From positions 7,767 through 71,766 of the forward strand of contig JAZRGK010000016.1 in NCBI GenBank assembly GCA_045644145.1: a stretch of 64,000 nucleotides of DNA, given 5' to 3'. The DNA comes from Candidatus Flemingiibacterium sp. (GTDB lineage: Bacteria > Bacillota > Clostridia > Oscillospirales > CAG-272). This document shows, piece by piece, positions 52,276-60,306 of this stretch. Every line of letters begins with the position of its first letter. Positions within the stretch are counted from its first letter, which is position 1. A program made the translations under genes and the position numbers. A model generated the notes under the pieces. It saw only the letters and a list, made by a program, of their open reading frames with translations. It had not been told where the DNA came from and searched no databases.

Positions 52276-55044
52276 ATGAAAAAAATTATTGTATCCTTAC
52301 TTTTGGCTGTTTCTATGATTCTCTCTATGGCGGTTCCCGCATTTGCAGCGGACGAATTTGCTCCGATTGAATCTACGTTTCAGCTACAACTGCTTCCTAT
52401 TGGAACGGCAAGCGGATCAGTCATAAAAGTTGAGAAAGGCGATGTCGTTCCGGTAAATCTGTATTTATCCTGCATGGACGGTAATACCGAGCTTGACGAG
52501 TTCGGATTTTACGAGTTTTATGACGTCATAACATTCAGAGATTCAAGATTCTCGCTGGTTGAGGATTCTATCGAAACTGCTGACGGATTTTACTGTGAAA
52601 TCATTAACGATGGTAAGATTCGTGTTTATGCAGATACGTTGACCGGCCTTGAGGGCGGCGTGATCCTTTCCTTTGAGCTAAAGGCTGAGACTACAGGATA
52701 TGCGTATCTTTCTCAGAGCGCAGCCGTATACCGTAATTCCTCAAGGGAATACGATGTGTACTGCGATGGTCCCGACATTCAGTCGGTTTCATCCATCAAT
52801 GAGGACGGAGAATACTTTATCAATACTGAATATGACCCCGACTGCGGAAGCGTAGTTCTTCCGGAAGAATTTGCAAGCGCAGGCGATCAGGTTATCTTCT
52901 ATGTACTTAAGGAGAAAGATTTTGAAATCGCAGATGTCACCGTAAGATATAAGAAGAACGGTGTGAACAAGCTCGTGCTTTGCAAGTCTGCCACCAATTC
53001 AACCGGCGCGCGCTTCTATTATTTCACCATGCCCGAAGCAGATGTTACCATCAACGTTGACTTTGAGGGTGACGACGGATACGAGAGCGGAATGAATGAT
53101 ATTTTCCTTGAGTATACCAAGGAAAAGGGATTTGTATATCTCAACAAATATTCTGCAAGCGAGGGTGAGAGCGTAAGAATTTATGTAGAGCCTAACATCT
53201 CCTCCTACGAATATAAAATAGTTGCTTCCTATAAGGATGGCAGCACTTACAGCGATATTGATATCAAGAAATCTGTGACTGGCGGCTACAGTTATTTCAC
53301 TATGCCCGACGGCGAGGTTTATATCGAAGTAGTCATTGCGGGTACTGCAACTTCCGGTGCAACAAGATACGATATCTATGACGGAACTGACGATGACCGC
53401 GGCTATGTAAATATGCCGATAGATGCTACCAAGGATCAGAAAGTAAAGATTTCTGCAGTTCCGAATTACGGATATATTGTTGACGAGATCGTTGTTTACG
53501 GCGTTGATTCTGACGATATATATGATGTAACCGAAGCGTCCAACTACTACTACTTCTACATGCCTGCTGAGGAAGTTGTTGTAGAGGTTATATTTGTTGA
53601 TGAATACGAAGAAGGCGAACAGTACGAGATCGACACTGAGGATATTGACGAGGAAGGCGGAAGTGTAAGATTGTCCGCAACCAAAGCTGAATATAAAAAG
53701 CTTGTTAAGATCTGGGTAACTCCCGATGACGATTTTGAGCTTGCTGATCTTGAAATTATAAAGAAGAAGACAGGCGATACTGTTAAAGTTTACGGCGATG
53801 AAGACGATGCTTACTACTATTTCTACATGCCGAGAGATGATGTTTATATTTATCTCGCATTCGATGAGGTAAAGAGTTCTTCTACAAAGTATAAGGTTAC
53901 ACTTTCCTTTGACGATGACATGGGTAATGTTTATACATCCAAGACTACTTATGCCAAAAACAAGACAGTTAAGATCTATGCTGAGCCAAAAGCAGGCTAT
54001 GTAGTTGACAATGTAAAGGTTACAAAGGCTACTTCTTCTTCCACTAAGGTAGCTGTTTACGACGATGAAGACGTTGATGGCGAAACCTACTATTACTTCA
54101 ACATGCCTGCCTACAATGTAAAGGTAACCGTTACATTTGAGAAGAAGGCAGGAAATGTGGGTGATTACAAGGTCACCCTCGACAGCAAGGTTCAGAACGG
54201 TAGTATCAAGGCTACAAACAGCAAAGCTGATGTAGGCGAGAGAGTTCAGATCACTGCAACCCCGAACAAGGGATATGAGGTTGATGAAATTACCGTTAAG
54301 AAATCCAACGGAACGAAGGTCGCGGTTACAAAGAATACAGACGGAACATACATTTTCACAATGCCGTCTGCAAATGTTACTGTAAGCGCTACATTCAAGA
54401 AGGAAGAGGAAAAGCCTACCACTCCCACTACACCTACCACTCCTACTCCCGGCGTGCATGTATGCGCGGCGAAGCCTTTCACCGATGTTGATACTTCAAA
54501 ATGGTATCACGAGGCAATTGACTATGCAATCTCCAACGGCCTTATGAAGGGTACAAGCGCAACCACATTTGCTCCCGATATGATTGCAAGCCGCGGAATG
54601 ATCGTTACCATCCTTTGGCGCATCGCAGGCAATCCCCTCTCTAATGCAAACATGCCATTTACCGATGTACCTGATGCTGAATGGTATACCGAAGCTATCC
54701 GTTGGGCGGCTGCAAACGGACTTCTCCAGGATGTAGCTGTAAGCGGCGCATTTGAGCCTAACTCCGCACTTACCCGTGAGCAGATCGCGGCTATCATTTA
54801 CCGCTATGAGCAGTATAAGGGCGGTGGATTCAAGGGAATCATAAATGCGGATCTTTCCAAGTTCAAGGATATGAACGAGATCTCCTATTGGGCAGTTGAA
54901 GCTATCAGTTGGTGTAATGCAAACGGTGTTCTTAAAGGCGACGATACAACTTCCAAGCTTATGCCTAAGGGTAATGTTGACCGTGCACAGCTCGCACAGA
55001 TTCTTATGAACTACGCAGAGCTTGCAGAGGCTGACGAGAAATAA
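52276..55044 (+). CDS. Large surface protein: signal peptide, cohesin-like/Ig-like N-domain, six divergent InlB-B-repeat-like modules, Pro/Thr linker, three SLH domains
   Basis: 922 aa. Each module ends in a Y-Y-F-x-M-P-x-x-x-V motif: YYFTMPEADVTINV, YSYFTMPDGEVYIEV, YYYFYMPAEEVVVEV, YYYFYMPRDDVYIYL, YYYFNMPAYNVKVTV, YIFTMPSANVTVSA. The linker is KPTTPTTPTTPTP. The SLH repeats read FTDVDTSKWYHEAIDYAISNGLMKG, FTDVPDAEWYTEAIRWAAANGLL and FKDMNEISYWAVEAISWCNANGVLKG. Confidence 0.85.
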   Translation: MKKIIVSLLLAVSMILSMAVPAFAADEFAPIESTFQLQLLPIGTASGSVIKVEKGDVVPVNLYLSCMDGNTELDEFGFYEFYDVITFRDSRFSLVEDSIETADGFYCEIINDGKIRVYADTLTGLEGGVILSFELKAETTGYAYLSQSAAVYRNSSREYDVYCDGPDIQSVSSINEDGEYFINTEYDPDCGSVVLPEEFASAGDQVIFYVLKEKDFEIADVTVRYKKNGVNKLVLCKSATNSTGARFYYFTMPEADVTINVDFEGDDGYESGMNDIFLEYTKEKGFVYLNKYSASEGESVRIYVEPNISSYEYKIVASYKDGSTYSDIDIKKSVTGGYSYFTMPDGEVYIEVVIAGTATSGATRYDIYDGTDDDRGYVNMPIDATKDQKVKISAVPNYGYIVDEIVVYGVDSDDIYDVTEASNYYYFYMPAEEVVVEVIFVDEYEEGEQYEIDTEDIDEEGGSVRLSATKAEYKKLVKIWVTPDDDFELADLEIIKKKTGDTVKVYGDEDDAYYYFYMPRDDVYIYLAFDEVKSSSTKYKVTLSFDDDMGNVYTSKTTYAKNKTVKIYAEPKAGYVVDNVKVTKATSSSTKVAVYDDEDVDGETYYYFNMPAYNVKVTVTFEKKAGNVGDYKVTLDSKVQNGSIKATNSKADVGERVQITATPNKGYEVDEITVKKSNGTKVAVTKNTDGTYIFTMPSANVTVSATFKKEEEKPTTPTTPTTPTPGVHVCAAKPFTDVDTSKWYHEAIDYAISNGLMKGTSATTFAPDMIASRGMIVTILWRIAGNPLSNANMPFTDVPDAEWYTEAIRWAAANGLLQDVAVSGAFEPNSALTREQIAAIIYRYEQYKGGGFKGIINADLSKFKDMNEISYWAVEAISWCNANGVLKGDDTTSKLMPKGNVDRAQLAQILMNYAELAEADEK

Positions 55045-55070
55045 AACTAATACAAAAGGTAATCGACGTA

Positions 55071-55106
55071 GGCCAAGTACCCGTAAGGATACTTGGCCAG
55101 TTTTAT
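55071..55106 (+). terminator. Rho-independent terminator after the surface protein gene
   Basis: 9-bp stem ggccaagta/tacttggcc with a 10-nt loop, then agttttatt. Confidence 0.7.
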
Positions 55107-55272
55107 TCGCCTTGCGACGAGTTGTATTGCTACGCAGTGATATTCGGCTAAAAAGCCGAGTGTTATAGCTTTGGGCAGTTTATAGCGAATAAAATAACAC
55201 TGAAGGCAAAGGCATCAATAACACTATTGCCTTATGGCAATAATATAACTCCGACAAAGTCGGAATATAACT
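55107..55272. repeat. Unassigned block of short direct repeats bracketing GC-richer inserts and small hairpins
   Basis: Bracketed units: [TTATAGC]tttgggcagt[TTATAGC] 55163-55186, [AATAACAC]tgaaggcaaaggcatc[AATAACAC] 55193-55224, [ATATAACT]ccgacaaagtcgga[ATATAACT] 55243-55272. Hairpins occur at 55142-55161, 55225-55242 and 55250-55264. Confidence 0.6.
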
Positions 55273-55300
55273 TGTACAAAGTGAGAAATTATTGTATAAT
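55272..55300 (+). promoter_or_regulatory. Candidate promoter of the DUF4085-like gene
   Basis: TTGTAC (55272-55277), 17 nt spacer, TGTATAAT extended -10 (55293-55300). Confidence 0.5.
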
Positions 55301-55320
55301 TGAATTGAGAGGTGATTCTA

Positions 55321-55677
55321 ATGAAACGAACTCAAAACAGTTTGCCTGAATGGTATTGGACTTATGGGCTTCATGATGCAAATATTATTTCGGCAACAAA
55401 AAAAGAATCTGATTGTAGTAACGATAACTGTCTAATATTGAAAATTGATTGTGAAGGCGCCTTATATGAGGCGGACATAACGGAGATTCGTTTTTATAAC
55501 TTTAAATTTATGTCCGGATATTATGATATAAACTTACTTAATGGCGGTTGGTGGTTATGTGATGAAATCACACAGAAAGACACCCATTATTTTTTGTATT
55601 TGGAATTTGATACTTCCGAGTGCAAAAGAAAACACTTAGAAATTACATTTCAACGAGCAGAGGTTATTAGGGGATAA
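55321..55677 (+). CDS. AT-rich hypothetical protein resembling only the C-terminal half of DUF4085-type proteins
   Basis: 118 aa from ATG 55321, with GAGGTGA 5 nt upstream. WYWTYGLHDANIIS...CLILKIDCEGA...IRFYNFKF...GGWWLCDEI resembles the C-terminal module of DUF4085 proteins (from memory). It is clearly lower in GC than its neighbours. Confidence 0.5.
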   Translation: MKRTQNSLPEWYWTYGLHDANIISATKKESDCSNDNCLILKIDCEGALYEADITEIRFYNFKFMSGYYDINLLNGGWWLCDEITQKDTHYFLYLEFDTSECKRKHLEITFQRAEVIRG

Positions 55678-55775
55678 AGATATATTTGTTAGTTAGGTAA
55701 CCGGTTTTAGGTTCTCCTGACAAGTGGAGAATGTGCCATACATTTTCCCTGCTTGTTATGGTGTAAGACAAAAGT

Positions 55776-55808
55776 AAAGCTGTGTATAAAATTTCTACAC
55801 AGCTTTTT
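55776..55808. terminator. Bidirectional terminator (DUF4085-like gene / ACP gene)
   Basis: 11-bp stem aaagctgtgta/tacacagcttt with a 9-nt loop, followed by a T-run. Confidence 0.7.
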
Positions 55809-55865
55809 ACTGGGCTTCAGAGTACGACCATTAAGCCGATTCTTTTTTATATGCAATATATTAAA

Positions 55866-56087
55866 TCACATATTCGCCTCAATGTAGTTCAAGATATCGC
55901 TGACAGTTTTTATTGTGGGGATTTCTTCATCGGGTACGGTAACTCCGAAATTTTCTTCTACAGCCATAAGTATTTCTACCAGATCTAGGGAATCGCCGCC
56001 AAGATCGTGGATGCTTGCATCTTCGGTTACTGCCGCTTCGTCACAGCCGATCTGCTCAACAATTATACTAACGACTTGTTCAAACAT
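55866..56087 (-). CDS. Acyl carrier protein (stand-alone, monocistronic)
   Basis: 73 aa with an AAGGAG RBS. The phosphopantetheine site context is HDLGGDSLDLVEILMAVEENFGVTVPDEE. There are no fab/pls genes nearby. Confidence 0.85.
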   Translation of the reverse strand: MFEQVVSIIVEQIGCDEAAVTEDASIHDLGGDSLDLVEILMAVEENFGVTVPDEEIPTIKTVSDILNYIEANM

Positions 56088-56120
56088 ACTATAACTCCTT
56101 TGTGTGAAATATATTAAAGC

Positions 56121-56145
56121 ATCCGATCGGATTTTTCCGCGCGGA
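56121..56145. promoter_or_regulatory. Twin palindromes TCCGATCGGA / TCCGCGCGGA in the ACP leader
   Basis: aTCCGATCGGAt (56121-56132) and TCCGCGCGGA (56136-56145). Their centres are 14 bp apart, at about +21 to +45 of the predicted ACP transcript. Confidence 0.45.
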
Positions 56146-56172
56146 GCAAATCAAAAGCTTCTTTCAACTTAA

Positions 56173-56201
56173 ATTATATATCATCTCACGCTATTTTTCA
56201 A
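56173..56201 (-). promoter_or_regulatory. Sigma-A type promoter of the ACP gene
   Basis: Minus strand: TTGAAA (56201-56196), 17 nt spacer, TATAAT (56178-56173). Confidence 0.6.
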
Positions 56202-56259
56202 GTAGGTAACAATATTTTTTTAAAATATTTGCCGGTATGACATTTTGGGAGCCTTGGAG

Positions 56260-56288
56260 TTGACAAAAAAACAAAATTCATGTATAAT
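56260..56288 (+). promoter_or_regulatory. Sigma-A type promoter of the ROK-like regulator gene
   Basis: TTGACA (56260-56265), 17 nt spacer, TATAAT (56283-56288). Confidence 0.65.
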
Positions 56289-56359
56289 TTTAATGTAATA
56301 TGTAAGACTTCAGCAAAATGCACTGTGACTACTAAATTGAAGGAAAGGGCGGTGATATT

Positions 56360-57262
56360 GTGTTCAACGAGTCAACAAGCGTTATGGCTGTTTTTGAAGC
56401 CGTGGCAAGCTGCGGTGAGATCAGCCGTGCCGAACTTGCAAATATTACCGGATTCAGCCTTGTAACGGTAGGCAAAGCGGTGGATCAGCTCGTTAACTGC
56501 GGCGTAATAGAGGAAAATAAGCGATCTTCCGGTTCAGTGGGACGCAGAAGCGGCGTATGCTCTGTTGCTAAAGATTACGGAATGCTTATTTTTGATATGA
56601 ATTCCGAAAATCATAGGTGTCGCATATGTGATCTTGGGCTTAATACCATGCACGAATTTGAAGAAAAGACATCAAACATTGAGGAACTGTATCTTTCAGC
56701 TTTCAGTTCATTCACTGAAATATTTGATGGTCAGCTTTTTGGAATTGGCATATGTGTATCGGATGGAATGACGGTGAAATATGCGGAAATCTTTAAATCG
56801 AGTATGGGACAGTATCCGGAGCTTGTAATAGAAGGAAGCCGTGCTTACGCCGCAGCAAATGCACACAGACTCGACTGCGATTCTTCCGCGGTATTTGTAC
56901 GCCTTTTTGAGAACGGCACCGCAGACGGTGCGCTTACATATAAAAAGAAATTGTACAGCGGCGCTTATGGCAGAGCGGGCGGCTTTGCTCGCATAATCGA
57001 TTCAAAGGAAGCGCTTTCCTCAAAGCTTTTTGATGTTTGTCAGATTATTGATCCTGGAACTGTGCACATCGGTTGCCAGAATGAGTCGGACTGTGATTTA
57101 GCCGAAAAATTGCGTGATTTGCTTATTGCAGGCGGAATTTCAGCGGATCAACTTCCTGAAATTATATCCGAGCCGCTGGCGTTGTGCTCCGATTCCATTG
57201 ACGGCACGGCGCTGCTTTTAAGAGAGCGACAGATCATTGCTAAACTGTCAAAAAATTCCTGA
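56360..57262 (+). CDS. ROK-like transcriptional regulator (wHTH + shortened ROK domain lacking the Zn motif)
   Basis: 300 aa with a GTG start after AAAGGGCGGTGA. The N-terminal wHTH reads AVFEAVASCGEISRAELANITGFSLVTVGKAVDQLVNCGVIEE. The sugar-kinase-like body has no CxCGxxGC motif. Confidence 0.6.
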   Translation: MFNESTSVMAVFEAVASCGEISRAELANITGFSLVTVGKAVDQLVNCGVIEENKRSSGSVGRRSGVCSVAKDYGMLIFDMNSENHRCRICDLGLNTMHEFEEKTSNIEELYLSAFSSFTEIFDGQLFGIGICVSDGMTVKYAEIFKSSMGQYPELVIEGSRAYAAANAHRLDCDSSAVFVRLFENGTADGALTYKKKLYSGAYGRAGGFARIIDSKEALSSKLFDVCQIIDPGTVHIGCQNESDCDLAEKLRDLLIAGGISADQLPEIISEPLALCSDSIDGTALLLRERQIIAKLSKNS

Positions 57263-57298
57263 TTAAACGGAACCTTAACTGAGCAGAATAATATCGAA

Positions 57299-57315
57299 GT
57301 CGGAAACTTTCCGAC
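57299..57315 (+). terminator. Candidate terminator after the ROK-like gene
   Basis: 7-bp stem gtcggaa/ttccgac with a 3-nt loop. The T-tract that follows (ctccatattt) is weak. Confidence 0.4.
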
Positions 57316-57393
57316 CTCCATATTTAAAATTCAGGATGGTACAAAAGTCTGAAAAACGGATGGTTTTTCAGACGATATAACCGTTAGAAAGGA

Positions 57394-57600
57394 ATGGTCA
57401 AAATCATGGAAAACAAGTCTCCTAATCCCTCCATTGAATGTTCCGTAAAGCAGTGCGAATACCACTGCGGCAATGAAAACTACTGCACTCTTAACAAGGT
57501 GCGCATCGCGACTCACGAGGCAAACCCCACCGTTTGTCAGTGCGTTGACTGTGAGTCCTTCGTTAAGAAGACAAGCTGCTCTGGCGGTTCCTGCCACTAA
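57394..57600 (+). CDS. DUF1540-domain Cys-rich small protein
   Basis: 68 aa (64 aa if the ATG at 57406 is used). The duplicated Cys pattern reads CSVKQCEYHCGNENYCTL...CQCVDCESF. Confidence 0.75.
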   Translation: MVKIMENKSPNPSIECSVKQCEYHCGNENYCTLNKVRIATHEANPTVCQCVDCESFVKKTSCSGGSCH

Positions 57601-57604
57601 ATTA

Positions 57605-57649
57605 AAAAAACACGGCGCTGTGTATTTTGCACACAGCGCCGTGTTTTTT
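57605..57649. terminator. Bidirectional terminator (DUF1540 gene / oxidoreductase operon)
   Basis: 19-bp stem aaaaaacacggcgctgtgt/acacagcgccgtgtttttt with a 7-nt loop. Confidence 0.85.
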
Positions 57650-57667
57650 GTGTATAAATGATAAAGC

Positions 57668-58204
57668 TTACTTAGCGTAATTGTATCCCATTTCGAGGGC
57701 TTTCTTGTTCTTCTCAATAAGAGCCGCTTTTGTGGCAGGGATTCCTGCAACCATATGCTCAAGGAATGCTTCGTAAGCGAAAAGTCCGGTAAGCTTAAGT
57801 ACATATCCGAGAACGATCACGTTCGCCATACCTGTAAGACCGGCATCGGATGCCATTGCGGTTGCGGGGATGCCGTAAACCTCAATATCGCTTCTCGCGG
57901 ATGTCTTGTCAATAAGCGAGCAGTCATATACGAGCTTGCCGCCTGCCTTTACGTTCGGCTCAAACTTCTCAAAAGAGGGAAGATTGAGAGCAATAAGCAG
58001 ATCGGGGGTAACTACCAGGGGAGAACCGATCTCCTCATCGGAAACGATTACGGAGCAGTTAGCCGCACCGCCGCGCATTTCGGGACCGTAAGAGGGAAGC
58101 CAGGATACCTGAAGCTCGGAATCCATAGCCATTTTTGCGATAGCCTTGCCTGCGAAAAGGATGCCCTGTCCGCCAAAGCCTGCAAGCAGAATATTAGTAG
58201 TCAT
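57668..58204 (-). CDS. 2-oxoacid:ferredoxin oxidoreductase, gamma subunit
   Basis: 178 aa. NILLAGFGGQGILFAGK...WLPSYGPEMRGG is typical of the OFOR gamma subunit. Its start overlaps the beta-subunit stop by 1 nt. Confidence 0.9.
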   Translation of the reverse strand: MTTNILLAGFGGQGILFAGKAIAKMAMDSELQVSWLPSYGPEMRGGAANCSVIVSDEEIGSPLVVTPDLLIALNLPSFEKFEPNVKAGGKLVYDCSLIDKTSARSDIEVYGIPATAMASDAGLTGMANVIVLGYVLKLTGLFAYEAFLEHMVAGIPATKAALIEKNKKALEMGYNYAK

Positions 58205-58980
58205 TATTCGGTTACCTCCTTGGTGGAAGTGGGATTAAGCTCCTTAACGTCTGCATCCTTGTAAACGCCGAGGGGATAGAAGGGGATCATATCGGTCTTT
58301 ACCCATTCGAGAGCTGCCTCAGGAGTCATGCCCCAGTTGGTGGGACAGGTGGAGAGAACTTCTACAATAGAAAGTCCCTTCTTGTCAACCTGATTCTGGA
58401 ATGCCTTCTTAATAGCCGCCTTAGCCTTCTTGATGTTGGGGACGGTATTTACCGCAACACGCTCAGCGTAAGCTACGCCGTCAAGTGTGGAGAGCATCTC
58501 GCATACACGGATGGGTGAGCCCTGAATACGGCGGTCACGTCCGTAGGGAGAAGTGGTGGTAACCTGACCGGGCATGGTGGTGGGCGCCATCTGACCGCCG
58601 GTCATACCATAGATACAGTTGTTTATGAAAATGATGGTAATATTCTCACCGCGTGCGCCTACATGGACGGTTTCCGCAGTACCGATAGCGGCAAGGTCGC
58701 CGTCACCCTGATATGTAAAGACGATGTTATCGGGATGTGTGCGTTTAACTCCCGTAGCAACTGCCGGAGCACGTCCGTGAGCCGCCTCGATCATGTCGCA
58801 CTCGAAGTAATTGTATGCGAATACCGAGCATCCTACGGGGGCGATACCTACCGCCTTGCCGCAAAGATCAAGCTCATCTAAAACCTCGGCAACAAGTCTG
58901 TGTACGATGCCGTGTGTACAGCCCGGGCAGTAATGGAAGGGCACGGGCGAAAGTGATTTGGGTTTATCAAAAACTACCAT
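58204..58980 (-). CDS. 2-oxoacid:ferredoxin oxidoreductase, beta (TPP-binding) subunit
   Basis: 258 aa. The sequence has FHYCPGCTHGIVHR, GDGDLAAIG and NNCIYGMTGGQ. It is probably 2-oxoglutarate-type (KorB-like), but substrate specificity cannot be determined from sequence alone. Confidence 0.9.
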   Translation of the reverse strand: MVVFDKPKSLSPVPFHYCPGCTHGIVHRLVAEVLDELDLCGKAVGIAPVGCSVFAYNYFECDMIEAAHGRAPAVATGVKRTHPDNIVFTYQGDGDLAAIGTAETVHVGARGENITIIFINNCIYGMTGGQMAPTTMPGQVTTTSPYGRDRRIQGSPIRVCEMLSTLDGVAYAERVAVNTVPNIKKAKAAIKKAFQNQVDKKGLSIVEVLSTCPTNWGMTPEAALEWVKTDMIPFYPLGVYKDADVKELNPTSTKEVTE

Positions 58981-58998
58981 TTCAGTTAACCTCCTTGA

Positions 58999-60060
58999 TT
59001 AAAGGGTTGCGGCGAGCTTCTCGATTTCAGCGAGAACTTCGTCGGGAGAGGGGATCATACCGCCGGTACGTCCGAAGAAGGAAACCGGCTTCTTGCAGTC
59101 GGTTGCAACCTTTACGTCGTCAACCATCTGACCCATGTTAAGCTCGCAAACCAGGAAATGCTTTGCCTTATCAGCAAGTGCGCCAAGCTGCTTCTTGGGG
59201 TAGGGCCAAAGGGTGATAGGACGGAATAGACCTACCTTGATGCCCTTTGCGCGTGCCGCCGCAATAGCGGTCTTGCAGATACGGGATGTAATGCCGTAAG
59301 CCACGATAACGATGTCCGCATCGTCGCACTTATATTCCTCGTATTTTACTTCTTTTTCTGCGATCTCATCGTACTTCTTGAAGCGTGCGAGAACGGAATT
59401 TTCAAGCTCAACGGGATCGATAAGTAAGGAATTTACAATGTTCTTTTTGCGCTTGCCCTCAGTGCCGTTGCATGCCCAAGTTTTCTCGGGCAGCTCACGC
59501 TTTGTGCCAAGCTCGAAGTCAACGGGCTCCATCATCTGACCGAGAGCGCCGTCTGCGAGGATCATAGCAGGCATTCTGTAGATGTCCGCAAGGTCGAAGG
59601 CTTCGCTTGTAAGCTGTGCCATTTCCTGAACGGAGGAGGGAGCAAGAACCAAAATGTGCTCGTCTCCGTGACCGTTTGCCTTGGTTGCCTGATAATAGTC
59701 CTGCTGAGAGGGCTGAATACCGCCAAGACCGGGACCTCCGCGCTGTACGTTTACAATAACGCATGGCAGATCGCATCCTACGAGGTAGGAGATTCCCTCG
59801 CTCTTAAGAGAGATTCCGGGCGATGATGAGGATGTAAGGCAGCGAGTACCTGCTGCAGCCGCGCCCATGATCATATTGATAGCGGATACCTCAGATTCTG
59901 CCTGAAGGCAAAGTCCGCCTACCTTGGGCATACGTTTTGCCATATATTCGGAAATTTCCGTCTGGGGAGTGATGGGGTAACCGAAGAAATGCAGACAGCC
60001 GGATTTGATAGCGGCTTCCGCGATAGCTTCGTTACCTTTCATAAGTACCTTCTTAGCCAT
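58999..60060 (-). CDS. 2-oxoacid:ferredoxin oxidoreductase, alpha subunit
   Basis: 353 aa. The sequence reads MKGNEAIAEAAIKSGCLHFFGYPITPQTEI.... Confidence 0.9.
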   Translation of the reverse strand: MAKKVLMKGNEAIAEAAIKSGCLHFFGYPITPQTEISEYMAKRMPKVGGLCLQAESEVSAINMIMGAAAAGTRCLTSSSSPGISLKSEGISYLVGCDLPCVIVNVQRGGPGLGGIQPSQQDYYQATKANGHGDEHILVLAPSSVQEMAQLTSEAFDLADIYRMPAMILADGALGQMMEPVDFELGTKRELPEKTWACNGTEGKRKKNIVNSLLIDPVELENSVLARFKKYDEIAEKEVKYEEYKCDDADIVIVAYGITSRICKTAIAAARAKGIKVGLFRPITLWPYPKKQLGALADKAKHFLVCELNMGQMVDDVKVATDCKKPVSFFGRTGGMIPSPDEVLAEIEKLAATL

Positions 60061-60071
60061 TTTTTATCTCC

Positions 60072-60284
60072 TTATACATCTTTTTCGACTTTGATAACTA
60101 CATCGGGGCACATTGTTGCACACATAGCGCAGGCAATGCACTTATCCTGCTCGGTGATGCCTGCAGGATGATAGCCTTTTTTGTTCAGCTTGTCATTTGC
60201 AAGGGAAATGATCTTCTTGGGGCAGGCTAAAACGCAAAGTCCGCAGCCCTTGCAAAGATCTTCGTTAAAAGTAACCTTGTTCAT
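60072..60284 (-). CDS. 4Fe-4S dicluster ferredoxin (delta subunit of the oxidoreductase)
   Basis: 70 aa. The two cluster motifs are CKGCGLCVLACP and CIACAMCATMCP. Confidence 0.9.
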   Translation of the reverse strand: MNKVTFNEDLCKGCGLCVLACPKKIISLANDKLNKKGYHPAGITEQDKCIACAMCATMCPDVVIKVEKDV

Positions 60285-60306
60285 GGTGTTTCCTCCGTTT
60301 TTGGTT

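Noticed and set aside
52999-54459. 486-aa ORF on the minus strand
   Set aside because: It is antisense to the repetitive part of the 922-aa surface protein gene. Its openness follows from the repeated acidic/Tyr codons of the sense strand. Similar shadow ORFs occur at 22316-22990 (htpG), 35486-36160 (glgD/glgA) and 38658-39413 (glgP).
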